A stretch of 64,000 nt of DNA from Dysgonamonadaceae bacterium (GCA_031253625.1 JAIRVZ010000128.1:31307-95306); one strand, 5' to 3'. Counted from the stretch's first letter, positions 27,718 through 36,777 are shown. Made by a program: numbers and translations. The notes: a model not told the origin generated them from the letters alone.

Positions 27718-28287
27718 ATGAAGATATTACTATTAGACAATTACGACTCCTTCACTTACAATTTATTACACATTTTGAAGGAATTAGGAGCAGATGCGGA
27801 AGTTCACCGCAACGATAAAATATCATTAGATGAAGTAGAACGTTTCGATAAAATCTTGCTTTCTCCCGGTCCCGGAATTCCCGAAGAGGCAGGAATTTTG
27901 TTGCCGCTCATTCGTCGATATGCTCCGACAAAAAGTATTTTGGGCGTATGCCTCGGAGAACAAGCCATCGCTGAAGCATTCGGAGCACAACTACTCAATC
28001 TTACTAACGTGCATCATGGCGTATGTTCCGATATCCGGATAAAAGCAAAAGACGAACCTTTGTTTCGCGGGTTAGGAATCGGTTTCCATGCCGGACGCTA
28101 TCACTCTTGGGTTGTTTCGCACGAGAATTTTCCCGATTGTTTGGAAATAACTGCCGAAGACCGGGAAGAAAAACAAATCATGGCTTTGCGCCACCGCACG
28201 TATGATGTGCGGGGAATACAATTTCATCCCGAATCTGTTTTAACGCCGAAAGGCAAAGTAATTATTGCTAATTGGTTACAAAATTAA
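27718..28287 (+). CDS. trpG: Anthranilate synthase component II (glutamine amidotransferase)
   Basis: MKILLLDNYDSFTYN..., GVCLGEQA (catalytic Cys) and the HPES motif. The ORF-track start at 27508 lies inside trpE in another frame and is rejected. Confidence 0.9.
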   Translation: MKILLLDNYDSFTYNLLHILKELGADAEVHRNDKISLDEVERFDKILLSPGPGIPEEAGILLPLIRRYAPTKSILGVCLGEQAIAEAFGAQLLNLTNVHHGVCSDIRIKAKDEPLFRGLGIGFHAGRYHSWVVSHENFPDCLEITAEDREEKQIMALRHRTYDVRGIQFHPESVLTPKGKVIIANWLQN

Positions 28288-28327
28288 AAATCAAAACCGT
28301 TCAGTCAAGAGAATTTCGTTTTTTCCC

Positions 28328-28406
28328 GTCATTGCGAGGAGGAACGACGAAGCAAACCAGAAGACATGAAAAACTGGTTTGCTTCGAACAAAGCCCTCGC
28401 AATGAC
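28328..28406. repeat. Nested inverted repeat (REP-like) between trpG and trpD
   Basis: The outer arm GTCATTGCGAGG pairs with CCTCGCAATGAC, and the inner arm CGAAGCAAACCAG pairs with CTGGTTTGCTTCG. Confidence 0.85.
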
Positions 28407-28448
28407 GAACACGAGTTTGTTTAACTAAACGACATTAAATTAAAAAAT

Positions 28449-29447
28449 ATGAAGCAAATATTATACAGATTATTCGAACATCAGTATTTGGGACGCGACG
28501 AAGCCCGACAAATACTTCAAAACATTACCGAAGGAAAATACAACGATTCGCAAATCGCCAGTTTGATTACGGTCTTCCTGATGCGTAGTATTTCCGTAGA
28601 AGAATTAACCGGATTTAGAGAGGCATTGCTGGAAATGCGAGTACCTATCGACCTGTCGGAATATCGTCCGATTGATATTGTTGGTACCGGTGGAGATGGA
28701 AAAAACACTTTCAACATCAGCACAACCTCTTGTTTTGTTGTTGCCGGAGCTGGTTATCCGGTGGTCAAGCACGGAAATGCCGGAGCAACTTCGATAAGCG
28801 GTGCCAGCAATGTGATGGAACAACATGGTGTGAAATTCACAACCAACATCGACCAATTGCGTCGTTCTTTAGACGATTCCGGCATTGCTTATTTGCATGC
28901 TCCGTTGTTTAATCCTGCTTTGAAAGCTGTGGCACCGGTACGCAAAATGCTGGGCGTGCGCAGCTTTTTCAATATGTTAGGGCCATTGGTCAATCCGGTT
29001 ATACCAACTTATCAATTGTTGGGAGTATACAATTTACCGCTATTGCGTTTATACAACTATACTTATCAGGAAAGCGGAACCCGTTTTGCCGTTGTACACA
29101 GTTTAGATGGTTTCGACGAAATTTCTCTGACATCGGAATTCAAAGTGGCTACTTCCGACAAAGAAAAATTATACACTCCCGAAATGCTTGGATTCAAACG
29201 CTATACGGAAGACGATTTATACGGAGGTTCCACAGTCGAGGAAGTTGCCCTGATTTTCGATGCTGTTCTGGAAAACAGAGCAACTGAGGCGCAAAAAAAT
29301 TGTGTTATCGTTAATTCGGCATTCGCCATTCAGGTTATTTGTCCCGAAAAAACGATAGAAACTTGTATCGACGAAGCGCGAGAATCTCTTGAAAGTGGAA
29401 AAGCCTTGCAATCTCTCAAACGTTTTTTAGCTATTAATCAATCATGA
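28449..29447 (+). CDS. trpD: Anthranilate phosphoribosyltransferase
   Basis: 332-aa ORF with DIVGTGGDG and the KHGN motif. Confidence 0.9.
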   Translation: MKQILYRLFEHQYLGRDEARQILQNITEGKYNDSQIASLITVFLMRSISVEELTGFREALLEMRVPIDLSEYRPIDIVGTGGDGKNTFNISTTSCFVVAGAGYPVVKHGNAGATSISGASNVMEQHGVKFTTNIDQLRRSLDDSGIAYLHAPLFNPALKAVAPVRKMLGVRSFFNMLGPLVNPVIPTYQLLGVYNLPLLRLYNYTYQESGTRFAVVHSLDGFDEISLTSEFKVATSDKEKLYTPEMLGFKRYTEDDLYGGSTVEEVALIFDAVLENRATEAQKNCVIVNSAFAIQVICPEKTIETCIDEARESLESGKALQSLKRFLAINQS

Positions 29448-30256
29448 AAGATATACTACAAGAAATTATAGACAACAAACGAATGGAAGTCTTGAAACAA
29501 AAAGAGGCTGTTCCTTTGGAATCGTTAATTGAATTAACTGCAGACAGATTCTGTGAATCCTGTTCTATGCGGGCATCTTTAGAAAAATCAGTATCCGGAA
29601 TTATTGCCGAATTCAAGCGGAAAAGTCCCTCGAAAGGCTGGTTATTTCCGGGTGCGGAAATCGCAGAAATTGTTCCGGCTTATGAAAAAGGAGGAGCCTC
29701 TGCCTGTTCGATTCTTACCGACCACAATTATTTTGGAGGTTCGTTAAGCGATTTGCAAAAAGCACGCGAATTGGTTAAAATGCCGTTGTTGCGAAAAGAA
29801 TTTATTGTCGACCCATATCAACTGTATCAAGCCAAATTGATGGGAGCCGATGCCATTTTATTAATCGCATCTTGCTTAAAAATAGAAGAATGTCGTATAT
29901 TGGCAGAAATTGCTCATACTTTAAGTTTGGAAGTCTTATTGGAAATTCACAACGAAAAAGAGTTGGAATATCTCGGTGAAAACATCGATATGTTGGGCGT
30001 AAATAATCGCAACTTAGGAACATTCGATACCGACATAAACAATTCTTTCCATTTGGTTGAAAAAATGAATCAGCGTTCACAGCAAATAGGAGGGAAGGCT
30101 CCGCTTTTAATCGCTGAAAGTGGGATCTCTGACCCGAAAACCGTTTTGCAATTGCGTGAAGCTGGTTTCAAAGGCTTTTTAATAGGTGAAACTTTCATGA
30201 AGACGAAGTACCCCGGAGAAACATTGTCTTTATTTATTAAAGAAATTTACCCCTAA
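29444..30256 (+). CDS. trpC: Indole-3-glycerol phosphate synthase
   Basis: 270-aa ORF with EFKRKSPSKG, DAILLI and NNRNL motifs. It has an ATGA overlap with trpD. Confidence 0.9.
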   Translation: MKDILQEIIDNKRMEVLKQKEAVPLESLIELTADRFCESCSMRASLEKSVSGIIAEFKRKSPSKGWLFPGAEIAEIVPAYEKGGASACSILTDHNYFGGSLSDLQKARELVKMPLLRKEFIVDPYQLYQAKLMGADAILLIASCLKIEECRILAEIAHTLSLEVLLEIHNEKELEYLGENIDMLGVNNRNLGTFDTDINNSFHLVEKMNQRSQQIGGKAPLLIAESGISDPKTVLQLREAGFKGFLIGETFMKTKYPGETLSLFIKEIYP

Positions 30257-30346
30257 ATCCCCTAAAGGGGACTTTAGTTTCTGAAAAGACCGATTGAAGC
30301 TAAGGTTTTATGCACTCCAAAGTCCCCTTTAGGGGATTTAGGGGTA
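30248..30346. repeat. 28-bp perfect inverted repeat spanning the trpC stop codon and the trpC-trpF spacer
   Basis: TACCCCTAAATCCCCTAAAGGGGACTTT (30248-30275) is the exact reverse complement of 30319-30346. Each arm contains its own CCCCTAAAGGGG palindrome. Confidence 0.9.
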
Positions 30347-30363
30347 GAAAAAAGAGAATTATT

Positions 30364-31767
30364 ATGATTATAAAAGTATGCGGAATGAAAAATCCTGAAA
30401 ATATTTCGGGAGTAATTGGGTTGGGAGTCAACTGGATAGGATTTATTTTTTACGAAAAATCAGCACGATATTTCGGAGATAATCCTGTTTCAATATCCTC
30501 CGGAAACACATTCAAGAAAATAGGCGTATTTGTAAATGCAACTTGCGAACAAATTCTTCAAACCGCTACCACACATCGATTGGATTATATTCAATTGCAT
30601 GGAGATGAAACACCCGAATTTTGTTGCCAATTGCAAAAACAAGGAATCGCTATTATCAAGGCATTTTCAATATCATCTGTTAAAGATTTGGAAAAAACTT
30701 CGGAATATGAAGGAAAAGCAGATTATTTTCTGTTTGATACTAAATGTGAGACTTACGGAGGTTCAGGCAAATCATTCGACTGGTCTATTTTATCTGCTTA
30801 TGAAGGAAAGACTCCATTTTTGTTGAGCGGAGGAATCAATCCTCAAAGCATTCAAACCATCAACGATTTTTATCATCCGCAACTTGCAGGAATTGACCTC
30901 AACAGCGGTTTTGAAATCGAACCGGGATTAAAAGACGTTCAAGAATTATCAGATTTTTTAAAAAATTACAATAATCAAATAAAATTATTCATCATGAATC
31001 GTATAACAAATTTATTTAATACAAAAAAATTGGGAATACTATCTGTTTATTTCACAGCTGGTTATCCAAATCTCAACGACACGACAACCATATTAAAAGA
31101 GTTGCAAGCAAAAGGCATTGACTTGGTTGAAATCGGTATCCCTTTCTCCGATCCGATGGCCGATGGACCGGTTATCCAACAAGCTGCAACACAAGCTCTT
31201 CGCAACGGAATGTCGTTGAAAAAGTTATTTGAACAACTCAACGATATTCGCAAGGAAATTCATATCCCACTGATACTTATGGGTTATCTGAATCCCGTTA
31301 TGCAATACGGATTTGAAAATTTCTGTCGCGATTGTGCCAAAGTTGGTATCGATGGAATGATTATCCCCGATCTTCCGTTTGCCGATTATATATCCGAATA
31401 CAAAGCCATTGCGGAGCAATACAATTTGAAGATGATAATGCTTATCACACCCGAAACTTCAGAAGAACGTATTCACCAAATCGACACTAACACCGATGGA
31501 TTTATCTACATGGTTTCGAGTGCAGCAACCACCGGAGCACAACAAAGTTTCGACGAACAAAAGCAAGCTTATTTCAGTCGCATCAATAATATGGCATTGC
31601 GTAATTCTCTCCTTGTAGGATTCGGTATCAGCAACAAAGCCACTCTCGACGCTGTCAACACTTATTCTTCAGGCGGTATTATCGGAAGTAAATTTATCCA
31701 GTTATTGCAAAGCGAAACAACTCCGGAAAAGGCTGTCGATAAATTATTGGAAGTACTTGGATTTTGA
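30364..31767 (+). CDS. trpFA: Phosphoribosylanthranilate isomerase (30364-30993) continuous in frame with tryptophan synthase alpha chain (30994-31767)
   Basis: TrpF-like MIIKVCGM...LSGGI...IDLNSGFE for about 210 aa, then MNRITNLF...[17 protein letters not shown] (TrpA), with no stop codon between them. Frame verified codon by codon across 30937-30999. Confidence 0.8.
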   Translation: MIIKVCGMKNPENISGVIGLGVNWIGFIFYEKSARYFGDNPVSISSGNTFKKIGVFVNATCEQILQTATTHRLDYIQLHGDETPEFCCQLQKQGIAIIKAFSISSVKDLEKTSEYEGKADYFLFDTKCETYGGSGKSFDWSILSAYEGKTPFLLSGGINPQSIQTINDFYHPQLAGIDLNSGFEIEPGLKDVQELSDFLKNYNNQIKLFIMNRITNLFNTKKLGILSVYFTAGYPNLNDTTTILKELQAKGIDLVEIGIPFSDPMADGPVIQQAATQALRNGMSLKKLFEQLNDIRKEIHIPLILMGYLNPVMQYGFENFCRDCAKVGIDGMIIPDLPFADYISEYKAIAEQYNLKMIMLITPETSEERIHQIDTNTDGFIYMVSSAATTGAQQSFDEQKQAYFSRINNMALRNSLLVGFGISNKATLDAVNTYSSGGIIGSKFIQLLQSETTPEKAVDKLLEVLGF

Positions 31768-31784
31768 AAGGTAACTTTTTTTCC

Positions 31785-31792
31785 TATCTTTG
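31785..31792 (+). promoter_or_regulatory. -7 promoter box TAtcTTTG for regulator copy 1
   Basis: The same box and downstream leader are repeated nearly identically at 36718. Confidence 0.55.
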
Positions 31793-31835
31793 CATTGATT
31801 TTTCCATACACAGGAATTAAGAAAGCAATAACAAA

Positions 31836-33638
31836 ATGAAACTTACAACCCGATTTTTTATTCAGGGATTACTTTGTCTATTTATCTGTTTTATTTCTGC
31901 AACAGCTATTTATGGACAAAATAACGACTTTCAGCACAAGAAAGATTCGCTGCTAAACGTAATCGCATCTACACAAGGTGAAGAAAAATTAAAAGCTTAC
32001 GGAGTATTGACAAATTCACAACTGCAATTTCCGGATGAAGAAATTGATTCAAAGTTACAATACATAAATGACTTTATCCTCGAAGCGCGCAAACAAAAAA
32101 ACAAAGAATACGAAAGCATAGCATATAGAAATAAACTTGCTTGTTTTTGGAATCACTTAAAATTTGATGAATTTGATCGAGTAGTAAACGAATACCTATC
32201 TTTCTTTAAGAAAAATAATTTCCATGGAAACTACTACGATTTCTATGAGTGTTTGATACTGCGACGATACGGTGGAACGAATAATTACAAACACATGATA
32301 GAAGGAGTCAAGGAAATGTATATAGAAGCCCAACAAGAAGATTGCTTATATGGAATAATTAAAGCGACCTCTCTAATAGCCAATATATATATCGAAGAAA
32401 AACGCTATGAAGAAGCCGAAAAATACTATCGAGAAACAATAAAAAATGCACTTAAACTGATTAAAGAAGAACCCGGCCAACTTAATAATTATCGCTTAGT
32501 GTCAAGCGGATACTACGGATTGTCAAATGCTTTGTGGGCACAAAATAAGATAAACGAGTTACTTTCTTTAATGCCTGTTTGGAAAAAACATACGACCGTA
32601 TTTGAAAAAAAATTCGATTATCCCGAACCGAATTTAAGGTATTACTATAAGTGTTACGCTGAGATTTACATCGAAAAGGGCGAATACGATTTAGCCGAGT
32701 CATATTGCGATTCCATGAAATCAATAATCTCTCCTTTGGAATTGTTCTTTGTATGGAATATCAAAGCTGCTATTTGTAACGGACGCGAAGAGTACGATAG
32801 CGCTATTAATTGGATCGATAAAATTATTGAGGATAGAACGAATCTCGGAGATTTATCTCAAGTAATTTTCTGTTTAATAAAAAAAGCATCCATGCTAAGC
32901 GAAATGGGGCGCGCAAAAGAATTATATTCGGTTTTTGACAGCTATATTGAACTCAACGATTCTCTCCGCCTGTTGGAAAACAACGCCCAGCTCGACGAAA
33001 TCCGTACTCAATACGAAGTTGACAAATATGTTGCCGAAAAAGAACAACAACGTATAATTATTTTTTCTTTGATCGTTGTCTGCGTCGTGTCGTTAATCGC
33101 CCTCGGAATATGGATATACTACTACCGGAAAGTTACTCAAAAAAATCGCACATTAGCACAACAAATCAAAAAATTAACTATCCAACAGGAAGAACAAATC
33201 AATGAAATGCTTGCCAAAACCTCATTTTTATCTGATTCTCCTAACGAAACAACCGCAGTAGAAACAACAATCAACCCCGACCTGTGTATCGAAAGCCGAA
33301 TGGATAAATTGTGTATTGCTATCCGCGACCTCTTACTTAAAGAAAAGATTTACCGTAACTCAACTATTACTCAAGAACAAGTGGTTGAAAGATTGGGTAC
33401 AAACAAAAATGTATTTGCCAAAGCTATGGAATACTGTTTAAAAACGACATTCAAAGATTATGTTAACTCCCTTCGTTTGAAAGATGCCGTGCAGCTACTC
33501 GAACATTCCGACCTGTCGATAGAAGAAATTTCTGAAATGATAGGCTTCGGAACAATACGCACACTTCAAAACCAATTCAATACCAAATACAACATGACAC
33601 CCAAAAACTACCGGTATTTGGCAAAAACAACAATGTAA
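31836..33638 (+). CDS. Membrane-anchored one-component regulator: signal peptide, TPR-like extracytoplasmic domain, single TM, coiled coil, C-terminal AraC-type HTH (copy 1)
   Basis: 600 aa. Hydrophobic N-terminus, helical-repeat region rich in Y/E/K/A, TM segment IIIFSLIVVCVVSLIALGIWIYYY, and C-terminus NSLRLKDAVQLLEHSDLSIEEISEMIGFGTIRTLQNQFNTKYNMTPKNYR. Confidence 0.75.
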   Translation: MKLTTRFFIQGLLCLFICFISATAIYGQNNDFQHKKDSLLNVIASTQGEEKLKAYGVLTNSQLQFPDEEIDSKLQYINDFILEARKQKNKEYESIAYRNKLACFWNHLKFDEFDRVVNEYLSFFKKNNFHGNYYDFYECLILRRYGGTNNYKHMIEGVKEMYIEAQQEDCLYGIIKATSLIANIYIEEKRYEEAEKYYRETIKNALKLIKEEPGQLNNYRLVSSGYYGLSNALWAQNKINELLSLMPVWKKHTTVFEKKFDYPEPNLRYYYKCYAEIYIEKGEYDLAESYCDSMKSIISPLELFFVWNIKAAICNGREEYDSAINWIDKIIEDRTNLGDLSQVIFCLIKKASMLSEMGRAKELYSVFDSYIELNDSLRLLENNAQLDEIRTQYEVDKYVAEKEQQRIIIFSLIVVCVVSLIALGIWIYYYRKVTQKNRTLAQQIKKLTIQQEEQINEMLAKTSFLSDSPNETTAVETTINPDLCIESRMDKLCIAIRDLLLKEKIYRNSTITQEQVVERLGTNKNVFAKAMEYCLKTTFKDYVNSLRLKDAVQLLEHSDLSIEEISEMIGFGTIRTLQNQFNTKYNMTPKNYRYLAKTTM

Positions 33639-33666
33639 CTTATTGATATTCAATGCGCTGATAAAA

Positions 33667-33693
33667 TTTCGCTTTTTCGTGCTATTTTTTCGC
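33667..33693 (+). promoter_or_regulatory. Two TTTCGC motifs spaced exactly 21 bp apart, upstream of the fibre-1 promoter (candidate operator)
   Basis: TTTCGC at 33667 and 33688. The -7 box lies 27 nt downstream of the second motif. The geometry is analogous to the TTGGCC array at 38586-38654. Confidence 0.4.
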
Positions 33694-33714
33694 GTCGTTT
33701 TTCATCCTTCATTC

Positions 33715-33722
33715 TACTTTTG
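33715..33722 (+). promoter_or_regulatory. -7 promoter box TActTTTG for fibre gene 1
   Basis: A positionally equivalent TAccTTTG box occurs at 38677 upstream of fibre gene 2. Confidence 0.5.
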
Positions 33723-33813
33723 TGTTGTAAATTAATTTGTCGAAAAAAAAGAAAACGACAATTTATTCACACAACACATGCTAAGTTAAACATGAGGTTT
33801 AATAATTCATTAT

Positions 33814-33944
33814 CTCCGGTGTTTCTTTATCCTTATTAGGAAATTCGATAGTCCATATTTGCGAAAATACGGCGAATAGGCTTTTTGTGAAAAAAGTTTC
33901 TTTTTTATCTTTTTTATTTATGTGTATGATAAAGGACACCGGAG
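33814..33944 (+). promoter_or_regulatory. Conserved long-range inverted repeat in the fibre-1 leader
   Basis: CTCCGGTGTTTCTTTATC (33814-33831) pairs with GATAAAGGACACCGGAG (33928-33944). The same pair is present in copy 2 at 38760-38778 and 38877-38893. Confidence 0.6.
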
Positions 33945-33991
33945 TTTTTTTCAATTAACAATTAATACATACTAAAAAATAAAAAAAGAAA

Positions 33992-36634
33992 ATGATTATG
34001 AAAACTATTCAAAAAACAACAAAAACAAAGAATTTAAAGAAATTAAAGAACTTGAGGATTCTAAGAGAAGTAATGTCGTTAATATCCTTAATATCCTTAA
34101 TGGCGATAACGCCCCTACAAGCACAAGTGAAAATCGGCCAAGATGCTGAACCTAAAAAAGGTGCGGTGTTGGAATTAAACAGCAACTCAGAAGGTTATAT
34201 CGGAGGCTTGCGACTGCCCAATATATGGATAACAGATATAAATGTTATCCCGGCAAGTTTCACCGAAAACGGATTAAACACTACAGAAAAAGATTCCTTG
34301 GCAGGAGCAATCATTTACAACACAAATCCCGGATTAAAAAACGATGCCAACGAAACCACCGGAACCGGGGTGTATTATTGGACAGGAACAAAATGGGTAA
34401 AAGAAGTCAACAATAGTCGCACCACAGTAGTAGACCGCACTGCACCGATAACGGTAGCAAAGACCACAGCAGGAACCACAGATACATATACTGTAGGAAT
34501 TTCGACCGGAACAACAGGACAAGTGCTGACAACCAACGCATCGGGTAGTGCAATATGGGCAAATGTTCCTCCTCCAACCGTAACTGTCAATAACGGATTA
34601 ACACAACTTACAGATGCTGCGAAAACAATTCAACTGGGAGGTAGCTTAATTCAGAATACTGAGGTTAAAACCGGCACTAACAGTATGGTTTTTAGCACTA
34701 ATGGCGGCTCGCAAGGTCTGACGATTAAGAATGATTTTGTTGGAATTGGTGGAATTTCTACAATAAATAAATTTTATGTTAATGGAATATCTCGTATATC
34801 AGACGGCTTGGCTGTCGGCGGTGTGAATGTTCCGGACGGTTATATGTTGTATGTAGATGGAGGAAATTCTTATTTCAGCAATCGTGTAGGCATTGGAACT
34901 CCACCGAATAGTAATTATAGATTAACTGTTTCCGAAAAAGCCTATGTACAAGACGTTTTGCATGTCGGTGGAACTACTACTACAACCAACAAATTATTTG
35001 TTAATGGAAATACTCGTATAGAAGGCGGCTTAGGCGTTGGAGGAATTAATCCCACATATTGGTTAGATGTTAACGGAACTTCTCGCTTTTCAGGGAGTAT
35101 GTGGATCAACCCAAACCCTCAGCATGGCTCCGCCTCAGGAAGATTAGGCGTTGGAGTTGCACCCGGTACCAACCCCGATGCGTTAGTTCATATAAAAAAA
35201 GGAAATTACGCATATGAACATCTTCTTTTGCTGGAAGATGAATTTATACCTTCCATGCGTTTAGTCTTACCTAAAGATGCTGTAATGGACAGTCAACCCG
35301 ATTACAGACTGGGAATGATAATGTTTGGTAGAGACAACGCTATGCATCCGACATATCCCACATCTCCCAGCAATTGGGCTTGGGGTAACGGTTACAAACC
35401 GTATGCTCACATTGAAGTAGTAAGAACTGTAACCGGTAGCTCCATAGGTGGAACAATGAGATTTGCAACAGCCAATGGTTTTGAAAGTAATGGATTGGGC
35501 AGTGATACTGTAAGAATGACAATTAGCGATCGTGGAAACGTAGGTATCGGAATAGGTAAAAATCTCGCTTCAACAAGACTACACATTCAAACAGAAGGCA
35601 CAACGTCAAAACCTGTTGCAGGATTCACACTTGTCGACGGAACACAAGGACTCGGAAAAGTGCTGACATCAAATGCTTCCGGAGTAGGAACATGGAAGGA
35701 TTTACCTGCTGTTTTGAGCGATCTCGAACCTTGGTATGAGAGAAATACAGAAGGCCCTGCAACCCAAAATAATAAAGATGCTTATTTGAGAGCAAATGTG
35801 GCTCTCGGGTTTAGTAATGTCGGAGGTTTCCCTCAAATTGCAATAACAGACGAAGGTGCGGGAGTAGACCAGAATATCCGCCTGTATGTTAACGGAAATA
35901 CGGTTAATACAAATGATGTGCATGTTCATCACCGGATAGGGATTGGCATTGTTGGCGATGATAATCAAGGATATGTTCCTAAGGCGGCATTACACATTGT
36001 TAATAACCACCCGACACATGGCGCCAAACGTGCTGATATTGATATTTCAACATTTAGAGGAGAAGAAATGGAGCTGGATGATGGAACTCCGACACTCAAT
36101 TTTAAGACTTCGCGAGGCGAATGGACAGCACAATCTGATGCCAATGTCGACGATGTAATCGGTAAAATCCTTTTCCGACCAAACCAAGCAGAAACTGCTG
36201 CTTCTGCATCAATCACAGCAACTTACAAAGGAAATTATTCGGCCAAATTAGATTTCAAGGCAGAAGAATTTTATTTCAATGGAACAGCAATTGGCAGTAT
36301 TGTTTCCGACCGTCGTTTGAAAACAAACATCACTCCGTCGAAATACGGTTTATCGGAAATCATGCAATTACAACCGGTAAATTACGAACTGAAAAGCAAA
36401 CTGGGAGTTGAGCGTGTAGGCTTTATCGCCCAAGAAGTTCAACCGATTATACCCGAAGTAGTATCAGGCACCGAAGGCGACCTCAACAAAGGCGAAACAT
36501 TGTCTATTGCATATAGCGAGTTAGTGCCGGTATTGACAAAAGCCATTCAGGAACAGCAAACTCAAATCGAATCGCAACAAAAAATTATCGAACAATTAGA
36601 AGCCCGCTTGAAAGCGTTAGAGGCAGCAAAGTAA
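33992..36634 (+). CDS. Secreted fibre protein with C-terminal S74-type intramolecular chaperone (tail fibre domain-containing protein), copy 1
   Basis: 880 aa. Signal peptide ending PLQAQ. Conserved N-domain VKIGQDAEPKKGAVLELNS...GVYYWTGTKWVKE. The C-terminus SDRRLKTNITPSKYGLSEIMQLQPVNYE...GFIAQEVQPIIPEVV plus a coiled coil is typical of the endosialidase chaperone family. Confidence 0.8.
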   Translation: MIMKTIQKTTKTKNLKKLKNLRILREVMSLISLISLMAITPLQAQVKIGQDAEPKKGAVLELNSNSEGYIGGLRLPNIWITDINVIPASFTENGLNTTEKDSLAGAIIYNTNPGLKNDANETTGTGVYYWTGTKWVKEVNNSRTTVVDRTAPITVAKTTAGTTDTYTVGISTGTTGQVLTTNASGSAIWANVPPPTVTVNNGLTQLTDAAKTIQLGGSLIQNTEVKTGTNSMVFSTNGGSQGLTIKNDFVGIGGISTINKFYVNGISRISDGLAVGGVNVPDGYMLYVDGGNSYFSNRVGIGTPPNSNYRLTVSEKAYVQDVLHVGGTTTTTNKLFVNGNTRIEGGLGVGGINPTYWLDVNGTSRFSGSMWINPNPQHGSASGRLGVGVAPGTNPDALVHIKKGNYAYEHLLLLEDEFIPSMRLVLPKDAVMDSQPDYRLGMIMFGRDNAMHPTYPTSPSNWAWGNGYKPYAHIEVVRTVTGSSIGGTMRFATANGFESNGLGSDTVRMTISDRGNVGIGIGKNLASTRLHIQTEGTTSKPVAGFTLVDGTQGLGKVLTSNASGVGTWKDLPAVLSDLEPWYERNTEGPATQNNKDAYLRANVALGFSNVGGFPQIAITDEGAGVDQNIRLYVNGNTVNTNDVHVHHRIGIGIVGDDNQGYVPKAALHIVNNHPTHGAKRADIDISTFRGEEMELDDGTPTLNFKTSRGEWTAQSDANVDDVIGKILFRPNQAETAASASITATYKGNYSAKLDFKAEEFYFNGTAIGSIVSDRRLKTNITPSKYGLSEIMQLQPVNYELKSKLGVERVGFIAQEVQPIIPEVVSGTEGDLNKGETLSIAYSELVPVLTKAIQEQQTQIESQQKIIEQLEARLKALEAAK

Positions 36635-36717
36635 TTCTAAATTAATAAGTTTTCGTTGTTTTAATTTCTTCATTTCCATAAAATATGGGAAAATATATCA
36701 ATTTTGCAAATTTTCTT

Positions 36718-36725
36718 TATCTTTG
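36718..36725 (+). promoter_or_regulatory. -7 promoter box TAtcTTTG for regulator copy 2
   Basis: Duplicate of 31785-31792, with a near-identical leader. Confidence 0.55.
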
Positions 36726-36777
36726 CATTGGTAGTTACCATTTTTCCATACACAGGAATTAAGAAAGCAATAACAAA

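Noticed and set aside
30310-30363. N-terminal extension of trpF ([18 protein letters not shown])
   Set aside because: It is encoded by the right arm of the 28-bp inverted repeat. The conserved TrpF N-terminus MIIKVCGM starts at 30364.
33814-33951. Reading the copy-1 leader helix plus the following T7 run as a simple intrinsic terminator
   Set aside because: The loop would be about 96 nt, and the T-run is not conserved in copy 2 (GGAGTTAATTTT). The conserved feature is the helix, not the terminator-like tail.
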